A stretch of DNA of 64,000 bases, from positions 2,368,001 to 2,432,000 of the forward strand of contig OY968769.1 in assembly GCA_963695345.1 (NCBI GenBank), in the 5' to 3' direction. The notes beneath the pieces are model-generated. The model had not been told where the DNA came from, searched no databases, and saw nothing but the letters and a program-made list of their open reading frames with translations. Numbering within the stretch: the stretch's first letter is position 1; each line of letters starts with the position of its first letter. A program made the translations under genes and the position numbers. The stretch is from an uncultured Methanomassiliicoccales archaeon (lineage in GTDB: Archaea; Thermoplasmatota; Thermoplasmata; Methanomassiliicoccales; UBA472). Shown here one piece after another: positions 41,778-51,823 of this stretch.

Positions 41778-44700
41778 TTACACCTTCTTTTTGAATCGCC
41801 AGACTACGAAGACTATACCGAATATCGCTGCCATCAAGAGCACGATGGCACCAATATTGTTGACAATATCTTCACCGGCATACCGGGTCGTGGGGGATGC
41901 GGTATCGGTTTCACTGGAGCTCGGTCCGACCGGTGCCGCGGTAATGGCCACCGATTGGTTCCCCAGCCCTGCCGGGCTATGGGCTGCGATCTCGATGGTG
42001 TAGTTGACCCCATTGGTCAGCCCGGTGATCGTGGTCTGGTTCCCTACGGAATGAGCTGCATCAACACCATTTTGATAGACAACGAAATAATCGATATCGA
42101 AGGTGCCTGACTTAGCCGGAAACGCCCATGAAATCGTCAACGTGCCGTTACCTGGCGTTATGGCCAGTTTGGTGGGGGTTCCCGGCGGTTCGGCCCGGGA
42201 AACGAGCATCGCGGTGACCGGAGATGTTTTCCCGCCCATTCCCACGGAATTATGGGCCGATACGGTGAACTCATATGATACCCCATTGGTCAATCCGGTG
42301 ATCGAGGTCACGTTCCCAACCGGATGGATTATGTCCACACCGTTCTGATAGACCACGTAGTAGTCGATCGGAGGACCGCTCTGACTGTCCGGTGCCGTCC
42401 ATGAGATCGTCACCAATCCATCCTCAACCGCGATCATAAGGTTCGCCGGGATACCTGGCGACTCTGATGTCGACGGCGGAATTGCGATGACCGATGAGGT
42501 GTTCCCGCCCATTCCCACGGAATTGTGGGCCGATACTGTGAAATTATACGATCGACCAGCTGTCAGGCCGCCGACGGTCTTTGAGTTGGCCGTCACGTGA
42601 TAGATATCATACCCGTCTTGGCATATCGCATAATAGTCGATCTCGGCACCGCCATTGCTGGCAGGTGTGACCCAGGAAAGGGAAACCCAGCCATCCTCCA
42701 GGGTAACGGTCAGATCGATCGGGGCTCCTGGTACCGTCAATGTGGTCGAGGGCACCACCGTAACCTTGGATGACTGGGGTCCGACCCCGACGGAATTGTG
42801 AGCGGCCACAGTGAAATTATACGGTTGACCGTTGGCCAATCCGGAGATGATCGCGTGGTTTTCGACGTAATGGTCTATTCTCTCGGTGCCTTCGACATAG
42901 ACCATGTAGTAATCGACGCTCGCACCCCCGTTGCTGCCGGGAGCTGTCCAAGAAAGAACAACCTGGCCATCGCCCGGTGTCGCTGTAAGGCTGATGGGAT
43001 GACCAGGGACAGCGATCGTGGCCGATGGCGTGGCGGGCACGATAGACGACCTTGCTCCCGAACCTACGGTGTTGTGGGCGGCCACCGAGAACGAATAAGA
43101 GATTCCGTTGGTCAGGTCGGACACCGTTATGGATAGGGAATCCGCGTGGGCGATTTCGGTCCCATTCTGATAGACCACATAGTAGTCGATCATTGCTCCC
43201 CCGTTGCCGTCGGGTGGAGCCCAGGATAAGAATACCTGACCGTCCTCGGGCACGGCAGTAAGGCCGGTTGGAATGTCTGGAACGGTAAGGGTCACGGACG
43301 GAGCGGAGGTTACCGCGTCTGAACGTAATCCATATCCCACGATGTTATGCGCTGATACAGTAAAGACATATGAGTGGCCATTGGCAAGACCGGTGACGGT
43401 AGCCGTGGTGGTTGAATAGTGGTCCGTAAGGGCGACCCCGTCGACATACACCAGGTAGTAATCGATCATCGCTCCCCCGTTACTCCCTGGAGCTGACCAG
43501 GACAGGGTTACCTGGCCATCGCCATGCATTGCCATGAGTCCGATCGGTGCTCCCGGAACGGTCGTTGTGGCAGAGGGTTTCGCTATCGCGGGGGACGATA
43601 ATGGTCCGATTCCCGCCGCGTTATGGGCGCCGGTCGTGAAACTGTAGGATCTATCATTGGCAAGGCCGGTGACGGTAGCCGTGGTGGTTGAATAGTGGTC
43701 CGTAAGGGCGACCCCGTCGACATACACCAGGTAGTAATCGATCATCGCTCCCCCGTTACTCCCCGGGGCTGACCAGGACAGGGTTACCAGGCCATCGCCG
43801 GGCATCGCTGTCATGTTCCTCGGCATGCCGGCGACGGTCACTGGTGCCAGAGGTGTAGCTGTCACCGCCCCCGATTGCATACTGGTGCCGATGATGTTGT
43901 GCGCTGACACGGTCAGGCTGTACTGACGGCCATTGGTAAGGCCGGTGATGGTCGCCGAGGTGGTGATGTAATGGTCCGTTCTGGCAATCCCGTCGACAAG
44001 GACCAGGTAGTAGTCGATGGCCGCTCCTCCATTATTGATTGGTGCGGTCCAGGAGAGCATTGCCTGACCGTTTCCCGGAACCGCCGTCACGCCGGTCGGG
44101 ACATCGGGGACGGTCTTCGATGTCACAGGGTTGGCGATCACGGCGGAGGTGCTGGGCCCACTACCGGCTGAATTGTGGGCGGCCACGGCATAGCTGTACG
44201 CCTGACCATTGTTCAACCCCGTGATGGTGGCCGAGGTGGCCGTTGGATGCCTGACATCGACTCCGTCCTGATAGACTATGTAATAGTCAATGGGATTTTC
44301 CCCGATACTGCTGGGAACGGTCCAGGAAAGGGTTGCCTGGCTATCGCCGGCCGTTACCTGGAGATCCCTCGGGGCGGAAAGGGATACCGCCGGCCTTGCA
44401 GATATCTCCGCACTTCTCGGCCCCTCGCCGTATGAATTGACCGCGGCGACCTGATAGTAATATGTGACCCCGTTGGTCAAGCCGGTGTCGGTGAAGGTCA
44501 AGACGCCGCCGCTTCCAGTATTTCCCAAATATGTCTTTCCGGCGGATGTCGTTCCCCGGTATATGCGGAAATCACCGATGGGGGCGCCGCCCGGCGAAGG
44601 CGAGGACCAGGTCAGAAGGACCCGGACATCGCCCACGGCGGCCGATAGGCTCGTGGGTGCCTCCGGGATTACCGGAGCGATGTTGGCATCCATCATCAGA

Positions 44701-45575
44701 GCATTGAAGGTGTTGCCTGGCGCAGGAAAGTTCGAGGCGGCATAGGCATGGCCTCTGACAATGTACGAGTTAAGGGGCAACCAGTACGAACCGACAGTGG
44801 GTGCGACCAGCCCTTGGAAGGTGATCGAGGTCAGATGATCGCAGCCATAGAACGCAGAGCTGCCTATGCTGGTCACGCCGCTTCCGATCGTTACCGTGGT
44901 CAGGGCATTACAGTCATAGAAGGCGAAACTGCCGATGGTATGGACCTTGTTGGATATGGTCACAGTGGAAAGCGACGAGCAGCCTTCGAACGCGCTCGTC
45001 CCTATGCTGACCACGTTATTGGGGATCGTCAGCGAGCCGAGCGCGGCGCAACCATCGAAGGCATAGTCGCCGATGGACGTTAGACCGCTACCAAGGGACA
45101 AGGTGGTGATGCCGGTACAGGTGTAGAACGCCCAACTGCCAATTGCGGTGACGCTGTTTGGTATGGTCACTGAGGACAGTTTCGTGCAGTGTTCGAACGC
45201 CCCATTCCCGATGGTCAGGAGGCCTTTTCCGAGGTTCACCGAGGTGAGGGAAGAACAGCCATCGAACGCGTAAACGTCTATCCTGGTCACACTGTCCGGG
45301 ATGACGGCGGAAGTAACTGAAAAGCCGGCGGCACTGCTGAAGGCATAGGCCCCGATCCCGGTCACTTGATACCCTCCGACAGTGCTCGGAATGGTGATCG
45401 CTCCCCCGGCACCGGTATAAGCTGAGATGATGGCGGAACCATCGATAACGGAATATGTATAGTCACCCGCCTGCGCTGCAGACACTGAGCCAGATTGAAG
45501 TACAAAGAACGCCCCAGTCAGGATCATCGTCACTATGACTATAGACCTTAGACGTGTTCCCTCACTACTCTTCAT
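41778..45575 (-). CDS. Secreted membrane-anchored surface protein: BspA-type LRRs plus about 10 fibronectin type III repeats
   Basis: Signal peptide, IP.SVT.IG..AF..C repeats, repeated P..P...GDGQV.LSW..P..GG..IDYY.V...GL.NG..Y...V.AHN..G, C-terminal TM with a Lys tail. Confidence 0.93.
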   Translation of the reverse strand: MKSSEGTRLRSIVIVTMILTGAFFVLQSGSVSAAQAGDYTYSVIDGSAIISAYTGAGGAITIPSTVGGYQVTGIGAYAFSSAAGFSVTSAVIPDSVTRIDVYAFDGCSSLTSVNLGKGLLTIGNGAFEHCTKLSSVTIPNSVTAIGSWAFYTCTGITTLSLGSGLTSIGDYAFDGCAALGSLTIPNNVVSIGTSAFEGCSSLSTVTISNKVHTIGSFAFYDCNALTTVTIGSGVTSIGSSAFYGCDHLTSITFQGLVAPTVGSYWLPLNSYIVRGHAYAASNFPAPGNTFNALMMDANIAPVIPEAPTSLSAAVGDVRVLLTWSSPSPGGAPIGDFRIYRGTTSAGKTYLGNTGSGGVLTFTDTGLTNGVTYYYQVAAVNSYGEGPRSAEISARPAVSLSAPRDLQVTAGDSQATLSWTVPSSIGENPIDYYIVYQDGVDVRHPTATSATITGLNNGQAYSYAVAAHNSAGSGPSTSAVIANPVTSKTVPDVPTGVTAVPGNGQAMLSWTAPINNGGAAIDYYLVLVDGIARTDHYITTSATITGLTNGRQYSLTVSAHNIIGTSMQSGAVTATPLAPVTVAGMPRNMTAMPGDGLVTLSWSAPGSNGGAMIDYYLVYVDGVALTDHYSTTTATVTGLANDRSYSFTTGAHNAAGIGPLSSPAIAKPSATTTVPGAPIGLMAMHGDGQVTLSWSAPGSNGGAMIDYYLVYVDGVALTDHYSTTTATVTGLANGHSYVFTVSAHNIVGYGLRSDAVTSAPSVTLTVPDIPTGLTAVPEDGQVFLSWAPPDGNGGAMIDYYVVYQNGTEIAHADSLSITVSDLTNGISYSFSVAAHNTVGSGARSSIVPATPSATIAVPGHPISLTATPGDGQVVLSWTAPGSNGGASVDYYMVYVEGTERIDHYVENHAIISGLANGQPYNFTVAAHNSVGVGPQSSKVTVVPSTTLTVPGAPIDLTVTLEDGWVSLSWVTPASNGGAEIDYYAICQDGYDIYHVTANSKTVGGLTAGRSYNFTVSAHNSVGMGGNTSSVIAIPPSTSESPGIPANLMIAVEDGLVTISWTAPDSQSGPPIDYYVVYQNGVDIIHPVGNVTSITGLTNGVSYEFTVSAHNSVGMGGKTSPVTAMLVSRAEPPGTPTKLAITPGNGTLTISWAFPAKSGTFDIDYFVVYQNGVDAAHSVGNQTTITGLTNGVNYTIEIAAHSPAGLGNQSVAITAAPVGPSSSETDTASPTTRYAGEDIVNNIGAIVLLMAAIFGIVFVVWRFKKKV

Positions 45576-45898
45576 ATGGACCCCTCACCAGAACTTCAAT
45601 TGTCGATTGGCCCCAAGGTGATGGTGAAAAAAGATTGAAAAATTACGACTTAATGATATGGCAGTAATTGTCAATTATTGATTTTAGGTGGAAACTTCGC
45701 CAGATGAGGGTCTGCCTTAGTAGATTCAGCATCATGATCAATCATATGCCAGAACTCCGGATGACTCGGTTTCACGTGAAAATCATGTAAAGAGGACTTC
45801 TCCAAGAAAATGGAAGACCCGATCCATTCCTCGGTCGGTTCCATATAACAGAGATCAGTGGAAAAAAGGATTTAGCCAAGTAGGTCAAGAACACAACA

Positions 45899-46237
45899 AT
45901 GCTCATGGAGATGTACAACCAGAACCGGGAAAAGGTCAGCTGGACCCCGTACATATTCGGCACCCTTGCCGGTCTCGTTCCGTGGATAGGCATAACCATC
46001 TATCTGATCGGGTCGAGTTCATCGAGCTCCGCCTCCGTGCCGACCTTTGTCTACTTCATATTCATCTCGTTGGCGGTGTTCTTCTTCTCGTTCGCCTTCA
46101 ACATGATACTGCAGTATCGCAAGGTGGGCAGATGGAAGGACTACCTCTACGGGGAGTACTTCTATATCGTCCTCAGTCTCGTGGCCAAGACCGCACTGGC
46201 ATGGCAGGTGTTCGCTGGAACGCTCAGGCCAGTATGA
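45899..46237 (+). pseudogene. Heliorhodopsin, C-terminal ~3 TM fragment (5' part missing)
   Basis: LMEMYN..., PTFVYFIF, FFFSFAFNM.LQY, W.DYLYGE..YIVLSLVAK..LAWQVF.GTL (SxxxK retinal lysine); no N-terminal half upstream. Confidence 0.85.
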
Positions 46238-46328
46238 GCCAACGGCCAGGCTCCCAGCGGGAGCCGAACGTTGGGTCCCATGGAAGGAGGCGGCAGGGTC
46301 AAAGATAAAGACCCGGTCCCCCCTTCCG

Positions 46329-46802
46329 GTGAAAAGAACGGTCGATCACATGGGGTTCATGATAACGAAGGCGGTCCCTGGCGATATCGAAGTGATAGTC
46401 GATAACATCCTGAGTATGGCGATGGAATCGGAAGGGAAGGCGCTTGACAGGGGAACGGTGAACAGCGCCATGAGCCGGTTCCTGAACGAACCGGGCAGAG
46501 GCTTCTACCTTCTGGTAAGGTTGGAAGGCCAGGTGGTCGGGCAGTGCATGATCACCACGGAGTTCAGCGACTGGCGTAATGGGGAGTACTGGTGGGTGCA
46601 GAGCGCCTATGTCGCCACCGATCACCGGCGGAAGGGGGTGCTGCGCTCCCTGCTGGAAGAGATCAGGGGCATGGCGAAACGGCAGGGCGATGTGTTCGGC
46701 CTCCGGCTGTACGTCGACCGGGACAATGTCAACGCCATCGAGGCCTATCGCCGCCTCGGTTTGCCGCTCTCCCACTATCTGATGATGGACGTCCCCATGT
46801 GA
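46329..46802 (+). CDS. GNAT family N-acetyltransferase
   Basis: EFSDWRNG..WW.QS.YV..HRRKGV, LRLYVDRDN..A..Y.RLG. Confidence 0.9.
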   Translation: MKRTVDHMGFMITKAVPGDIEVIVDNILSMAMESEGKALDRGTVNSAMSRFLNEPGRGFYLLVRLEGQVVGQCMITTEFSDWRNGEYWWVQSAYVATDHRRKGVLRSLLEEIRGMAKRQGDVFGLRLYVDRDNVNAIEAYRRLGLPLSHYLMMDVPM

Positions 46803-47191
46803 GCTCGAACCGCTACATGTTTGCCTGAAAAAGGTTATCCAATTAACCGGGAACCGGGACAGTATCGCCCATATCATCGTTGTCCGATCATCGGGGACCA
46901 GAACGGGACACCGACATATTCAAACGGTGACAATCTATGACGATGCAAACGATTTGAGCCTGATTTGGATTTCTCGAGCGTGAACTGGATGGAGAACACA
47001 CGATTCCTTACCATCGTCCTCTTCCCTTCCTCAATAGGCGCCGAGAAAGGTTTGATAAGGGAAGTGGCCCCACATCTCGCCTCCTGGTATACCGGTTTGC
47101 TCCAAGTGAGGGGTGAGCTAAAGATGGATTCACAGGCGAGCCTGAAGGTGAAGGGAAGAGCATCGTTATTTATGGCTAGGATGAACGATGG

Positions 47192-48502
47192 ATGGGCGAC
47201 ACCATGGTAGTCCCTGCTGAAGGTCCCCCTGACCGATTGGGGGAATTCTATTCCCTGAGCCCTCCGGATCTCGAATTCATCACCGACCTCAACAAGCGCC
47301 ATTTCCGGTTCCTCCTTCCCAACGGAAGGTTCTTCAAGATCAAGGATGTCATTCGCTCCTCATCGGACCTCCAGAGATGGCTCTTGAAAATGAAGCCTCT
47401 GGACGTCTATTACTCCACATCGACCTACCTCAATCCCACCGATGTGGCCCCGAGACCAAAGAACAGCACCGACTATTGGGGGCCAGGAAATGTGGTCCTG
47501 AGCCATGATGTCGCCTTCGACATCGACAGGCAACCGCTGTCCCTCTTCAATCTCGAGCGAGCGAGGAAGGACGCGGTCCATCTCTTGGATTTCCTGACCG
47601 CGCGCAACTATCCTCTGAAGTATGTCGCCTTCAGCGGAAGCAAAGGGTTTCACCTGATTTTCGATGACATCGATAAGAGCATCGAGCCCGATTTCCGGAT
47701 CAGGGAGAAGTCGATCATCCAGAGGAGGAAGGCATTGGTCGACGATGTCATCAAGGAAGGAATAGTGATCGACAAGGCGGTGACCGTGGACACGCGCAGG
47801 ATCATCCGCCTTCCCGGGACCATCAACTCCAAGACCGGCTATTGCTGCCATCCCATCTCCTTGGAGCAATTGCGTTCACCCCTGGCCGACTGGATAGAAA
47901 TGGTCCCCAGACTGGAGGGCCATAAAGCCATACCCTGGTTCAAGATGAGGCCGCTGTTCAACCATAAGCACTCGCCCAAGCCTGTTTTCGCCAATCTAGG
48001 GGCAGGGTATGGCTACACCACATTCATCACCAGTTCCGTTCTGGGGACCAAAGGCCGTCACGCGGTCCTGATTTCGCTTCCAAAAGGCAGTCAGGAAAGA
48101 GCGATCAGCATCCTCCGGCAGGCCCAGATCGATTATGACCTCACCGACCTCTACCTCTTCGAGCTACCACGGGCCTTCCAGGCCATCTGCCTGAAGACCG
48201 TCCAACGCAACCGTTATCAGAAGATCCTGGATTCCGTGCGTTCACCATCGGCGGAGCAGCTCAGGAGGTATGACCGCGTCTCACTCAGGATGGGTCCCCT
48301 GGTCAACAGGGACATGCAGGTCATGGAGCCTCCAGCGCGGTTCATAACATATCTGGAGTGCCATCCAGATATAAGGGAAAGCAACTTTGTGAGCTTGGGG
48401 CACATCAATTTTCTTATGAGGCATGGATTGACGCCCCTTCAATATCCCAAGATGCATGGCAGTGGAGATTTCCAGCTGGTCGATGCGGAGATCAGATTGT
48501 GA
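47192..48502 (+). CDS. Archaeo-eukaryotic primase (PriS-like) with C-terminal extension
   Basis: PLDVYYS, motif I AFDID, motif II FSGSKGFH, motif III ID..VTVD.RRIIRLPGT...KTG. Confidence 0.82.
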   Translation: MGDTMVVPAEGPPDRLGEFYSLSPPDLEFITDLNKRHFRFLLPNGRFFKIKDVIRSSSDLQRWLLKMKPLDVYYSTSTYLNPTDVAPRPKNSTDYWGPGNVVLSHDVAFDIDRQPLSLFNLERARKDAVHLLDFLTARNYPLKYVAFSGSKGFHLIFDDIDKSIEPDFRIREKSIIQRRKALVDDVIKEGIVIDKAVTVDTRRIIRLPGTINSKTGYCCHPISLEQLRSPLADWIEMVPRLEGHKAIPWFKMRPLFNHKHSPKPVFANLGAGYGYTTFITSSVLGTKGRHAVLISLPKGSQERAISILRQAQIDYDLTDLYLFELPRAFQAICLKTVQRNRYQKILDSVRSPSAEQLRRYDRVSLRMGPLVNRDMQVMEPPARFITYLECHPDIRESNFVSLGHINFLMRHGLTPLQYPKMHGSGDFQLVDAEIRL

Positions 48503-48665
48503 TTTTTTCAGTGAAAAACTATATAGCCATCACATCCACATACATGGGTTGCACTCCGTGTGATTCCTTCGGGAAGATGATGAGGACATTCGTCTAGAGG
48601 TACTACATCGGGCGGCTGAACGGGAGTGGTTCTCCGCCCTAATATTTACACCACAGGGGTTCACT

Positions 48666-49130
48666 ATGGGTCTGTTGAAGGGGTTATTGGGAGGCAACAG
48701 CCCTGAGACGTTCTTGGGAAACCACGAGAATGGTTCTAATGCAAATAATGCCTCAAAGTCACCGCTCAGCCCCCAGTACGAGCGGCTCAATGTGTGGATC
48801 GAGTCTCGGATCGGTAACATGGACCCGTCGGATCCAAATCTGAATGCCAGGATGGAAAGGTTTTTGACGGAGGAAGGGTCGAAGTATCCGTCCCCCCGGG
48901 GCAAGCTCGTTTTCACGCCAAGTGGAAATGATACCATAATCACCGGCGATACTAAGCCGTTCAAGGGCAGGCTTAGAAGGATGGGCGGGAAATGGGAAGG
49001 CAAGCTCAAGCGCTGGGTCATCAAGGGCAAGAGCATTTCGGAGGCAGACGTCGAGAACCCGAGCGAGCTGGCAGGATTGAGGGCATACATCAATAAGATG
49101 CCGTACAGGAAGAACCTGGGCGGGAAATAA
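48666..49130 (+). CDS. Hypothetical protein with a DUF5710-like C-terminal motif
   Basis: GDTKPFKGRLRRMGGKW....KRW pattern. Confidence 0.6.
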   Translation: MGLLKGLLGGNSPETFLGNHENGSNANNASKSPLSPQYERLNVWIESRIGNMDPSDPNLNARMERFLTEEGSKYPSPRGKLVFTPSGNDTIITGDTKPFKGRLRRMGGKWEGKLKRWVIKGKSISEADVENPSELAGLRAYINKMPYRKNLGGK

Positions 49131-49268
49131 GCCGCCAAAGCAACAAGCTTGTTATCATTTGTTTAGGTCCGGAGAAAGGTTGGTCTTGCATACGGCGCAA
49201 AGGAACAAACGATTCTTTGTCGAGAACGAGGAAAACAATTTAATCATGTCACAAGGTAGCTGAGGGTC

Positions 49269-49946
49269 ATGCGGATCGCCATCCTAGGATGCGACGCGAT
49301 CAGGGACGAGATCGAACAGGTCACCATGGACGATCCAGACATCGTTCACCGCGAGTATCTCGATTTCGGTCTCCATATCTACACCGACGAGCTCCTGAGG
49401 CAGATCCAGGAACGCCTCGCGGCCATGGAGGGCCAATATGACGCGGTCTTCCTCGGTTACGGTCATTGCCAGACGCTCAAGGGCTTGCCCGCCACGGTGA
49501 ATGTGCCCCTGGTGATGCTGGAATATGAGGACTGCATCTCGGCCATGCTGCCCGAGGGCGAGTACCACCGGGAGAAGAGATCCGGAGGCATTACCTGGTT
49601 CTATCCTTCCGGGTGGGCCCGGAACGGGACCGAAGGTCTGGTCAAGCTCTTCAAACTGGACAGTATGCGGGACCAGGGGTATGAACCGGTCTTCTTCCTG
49701 AAGATGATGTTCGAAGGCTTCACCCGGGTCCTTTTCATCGACACCGGTGCCGGGGATACGGCCTCCAGCGAGAACCAGTCCAAGGAGCTCGCCTGCATGC
49801 TCTGCATGAAGCATGAGCGGAGGGAGGGCACGCTCCAGGCGATCAGCGATGCGATGATAAGGACCAAGGAACTGGCCCGGAATCGTTCGGCCAGTCGAAC
49901 CCTGGAAGGAATCGGTCAGCGCGACAATGGCGGACCTTTTCACTGA
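49269..49946 (+). CDS. DUF1638 domain protein
   Basis: ILGC, LDFGLH, YDAVFLGYGHC, EDCISAML, RVLFIDTG. Confidence 0.8.
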   Translation: MRIAILGCDAIRDEIEQVTMDDPDIVHREYLDFGLHIYTDELLRQIQERLAAMEGQYDAVFLGYGHCQTLKGLPATVNVPLVMLEYEDCISAMLPEGEYHREKRSGGITWFYPSGWARNGTEGLVKLFKLDSMRDQGYEPVFFLKMMFEGFTRVLFIDTGAGDTASSENQSKELACMLCMKHERREGTLQAISDAMIRTKELARNRSASRTLEGIGQRDNGGPFH

Positions 49947-50017
49947 ACGGTTAATTACACCTTCCTTGATATCTTCGAACTGATCATGTTCAATGCGACA
50001 AGGTCAATGGTGCAGCA

Positions 50018-50921
50018 ATGAATTTCGAAGAAGGCCATAGGTTGATCTTTTCAGACGGGAAAGGGACACCGCTAGTGGACATCAGTATCCTCGATGACGA
50101 CGCCTCGGCGGACCGGGTCGACGCTCTGGTGGACAATTTCAGGGGAATATATGTCGGCGTGAACATCGGCATGAACCTTCCCCAGAGGATGAGGGCGACG
50201 TATTCCAGCGGTACCAAGTCTGCCTATGCCTGCCCTCAGGCGGACCTTTCGCCGATGGTGGACATGATCATCGCTGGCAGTCAACGAATCCCCGTACGCT
50301 GATTCGGTCAAGGGCTTCGTTCTCTCGAACGTCATCCCCCCGCTGTTCCGTTTCGAAGACCCGTCCGTCACCTCGGGCAACCTGATAGGCTATGGTTGTT
50401 CCTGCTCGAAATGCGACGAGGCATTGGGGATGAGCGACCTGGGGGACAGGTTGGCTCGCATGGAACTGAGGCCCCTCGAGAGGAACGATGGGGACGATAT
50501 CGCCTTCGCCCGCGAGGTCTGGGTATGGGCAGCCGCCAGCTCCGTTCTGGATGACTATCCCGATCTGCTGAACGACCGGGTCCGGTCCTATGCCCCGGTC
50601 ATGTCCCAGCTCTCCGGCCTGAAGGGGGAACGCTACCTGATGTTCTCGGAGACCGATTATCCCGACACCGAGTTCCAGGTCAACGGTTACAACGAGAACT
50701 CCCGTCTCGCCTTCGGGATCGGGGACGACCTGCTGGAAAATCTCACTGGTATGATCGTCTCGCCCTCATTCGGCGTCATAGCCGACCAGGAACATGTCCC
50801 GATCTTCGAGGTCGATGACATCAAAGCATTCATCAAGATGAAGTACTTGGAGCCTAAATCGAAGTTCATGATAGATTCGGTTCTTCCACCGGAGGTGATT
50901 CAGCATGTTCTCCAGGGCTAA
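50018..50921 (+). CDS. Hypothetical protein (~300 aa) with CxCxxC motif; frameshift at about 50276
   Basis: ORF 50018-50302 joins an open frame (AVNESPYADS...GYGCSCSKCDE) that continues into ORF 50424-50921. Confidence 0.6.
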
Positions 50922-50923
50922 GA

Positions 50924-51823
50924 ATGTCAAAGGTCAGGGTATTCCCGCTCTTCCGCGGCGATGCGATGAACAGACGCTCGCTCGAGCATTTCATTATAGA
51001 ATATTTCAAGGACGAGGACATCCAGGATTTCAAGATAGGCGAGATGATATATGTCAAGGTGGAGAAGATCGAGCCGGCGGAAGCCCTTCACACTGACCGG
51101 CACACCCGTCTGGACCTGACCGTCCAGGAGGACGGCATGGACGTGGAAAGGTTCGGATTCGTGAAACGTCCGGAAGAGAACATGGACGAGTCGCTGATCT
51201 CCTCTGACCTGGCCAAGGCCTACCTCAGCCTCTTCCGGAACGGAAAGGAGCCCTGGAGGAAGATCCTTCTCAGCGGAGAGCCGGGAACCGGCAAGACACT
51301 GTTCGCCCATGAACTGCTGGCAAACGCCCAGCAGCGCGGACTGAAGACCTATTCAATTCCCGCCTCGATGCTCCTCGGCGAGTACATAGGGGACACCATC
51401 CGGGTCGTCAACTCGGTAAAAAGGGCGGTGGGCAAGGACTGCGTGCTGTTCATCGACGACTGCGACCTGATCCTGCACAACCGTAACGACATGAAATCGT
51501 TCGGATCACTGCTCGAATCGGTGGTGGCCTTCCTGAACTTCATCGACGAGTTCGAGGGTTACATGATCGCCGCATCGAACGACCGGGAGATCGACCCGGC
51601 GATCGAGAACCGCATGTTCGGCATCCGGTTCGATCTGCCCAGCACCGATATGCTGTACCGTTTCATGAAGAAAGCGGACGCGACGGTCACGCCTCGGGAG
51701 GCCAATGCCATACACGACAAGCGCGGCAGTTACCGGGACGCCCAAAAATACCAGGTCATGAAACTTGCCGGCATGGGCAACGAACACAAGCTGGCCACGT
51801 CCCACGATCCGCTCTACCGTTAA
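50924..51823 (+). CDS. AAA+ family ATPase
   Basis: Walker A GEPGTGKT, Walker B-like LFIDDCD, IAASN...DPAI.NR second region of homology. Confidence 0.85.
   Translation: MSKVRVFPLFRGDAMNRRSLEHFIIEYFKDEDIQDFKIGEMIYVKVEKIEPAEALHTDRHTRLDLTVQEDGMDVERFGFVKRPEENMDESLISSDLAKAYLSLFRNGKEPWRKILLSGEPGTGKTLFAHELLANAQQRGLKTYSIPASMLLGEYIGDTIRVVNSVKRAVGKDCVLFIDDCDLILHNRNDMKSFGSLLESVVAFLNFIDEFEGYMIAASNDREIDPAIENRMFGIRFDLPSTDMLYRFMKKADATVTPREANAIHDKRGSYRDAQKYQVMKLAGMGNEHKLATSHDPLYR

Noticed and set aside
41181-45900. Classical att-bounded island at tRNA-Leu
   Set aside because: I could not find a repeat of the tRNA-Leu 3' end or an integrase in this interval, so it is recorded only as an accessory block.
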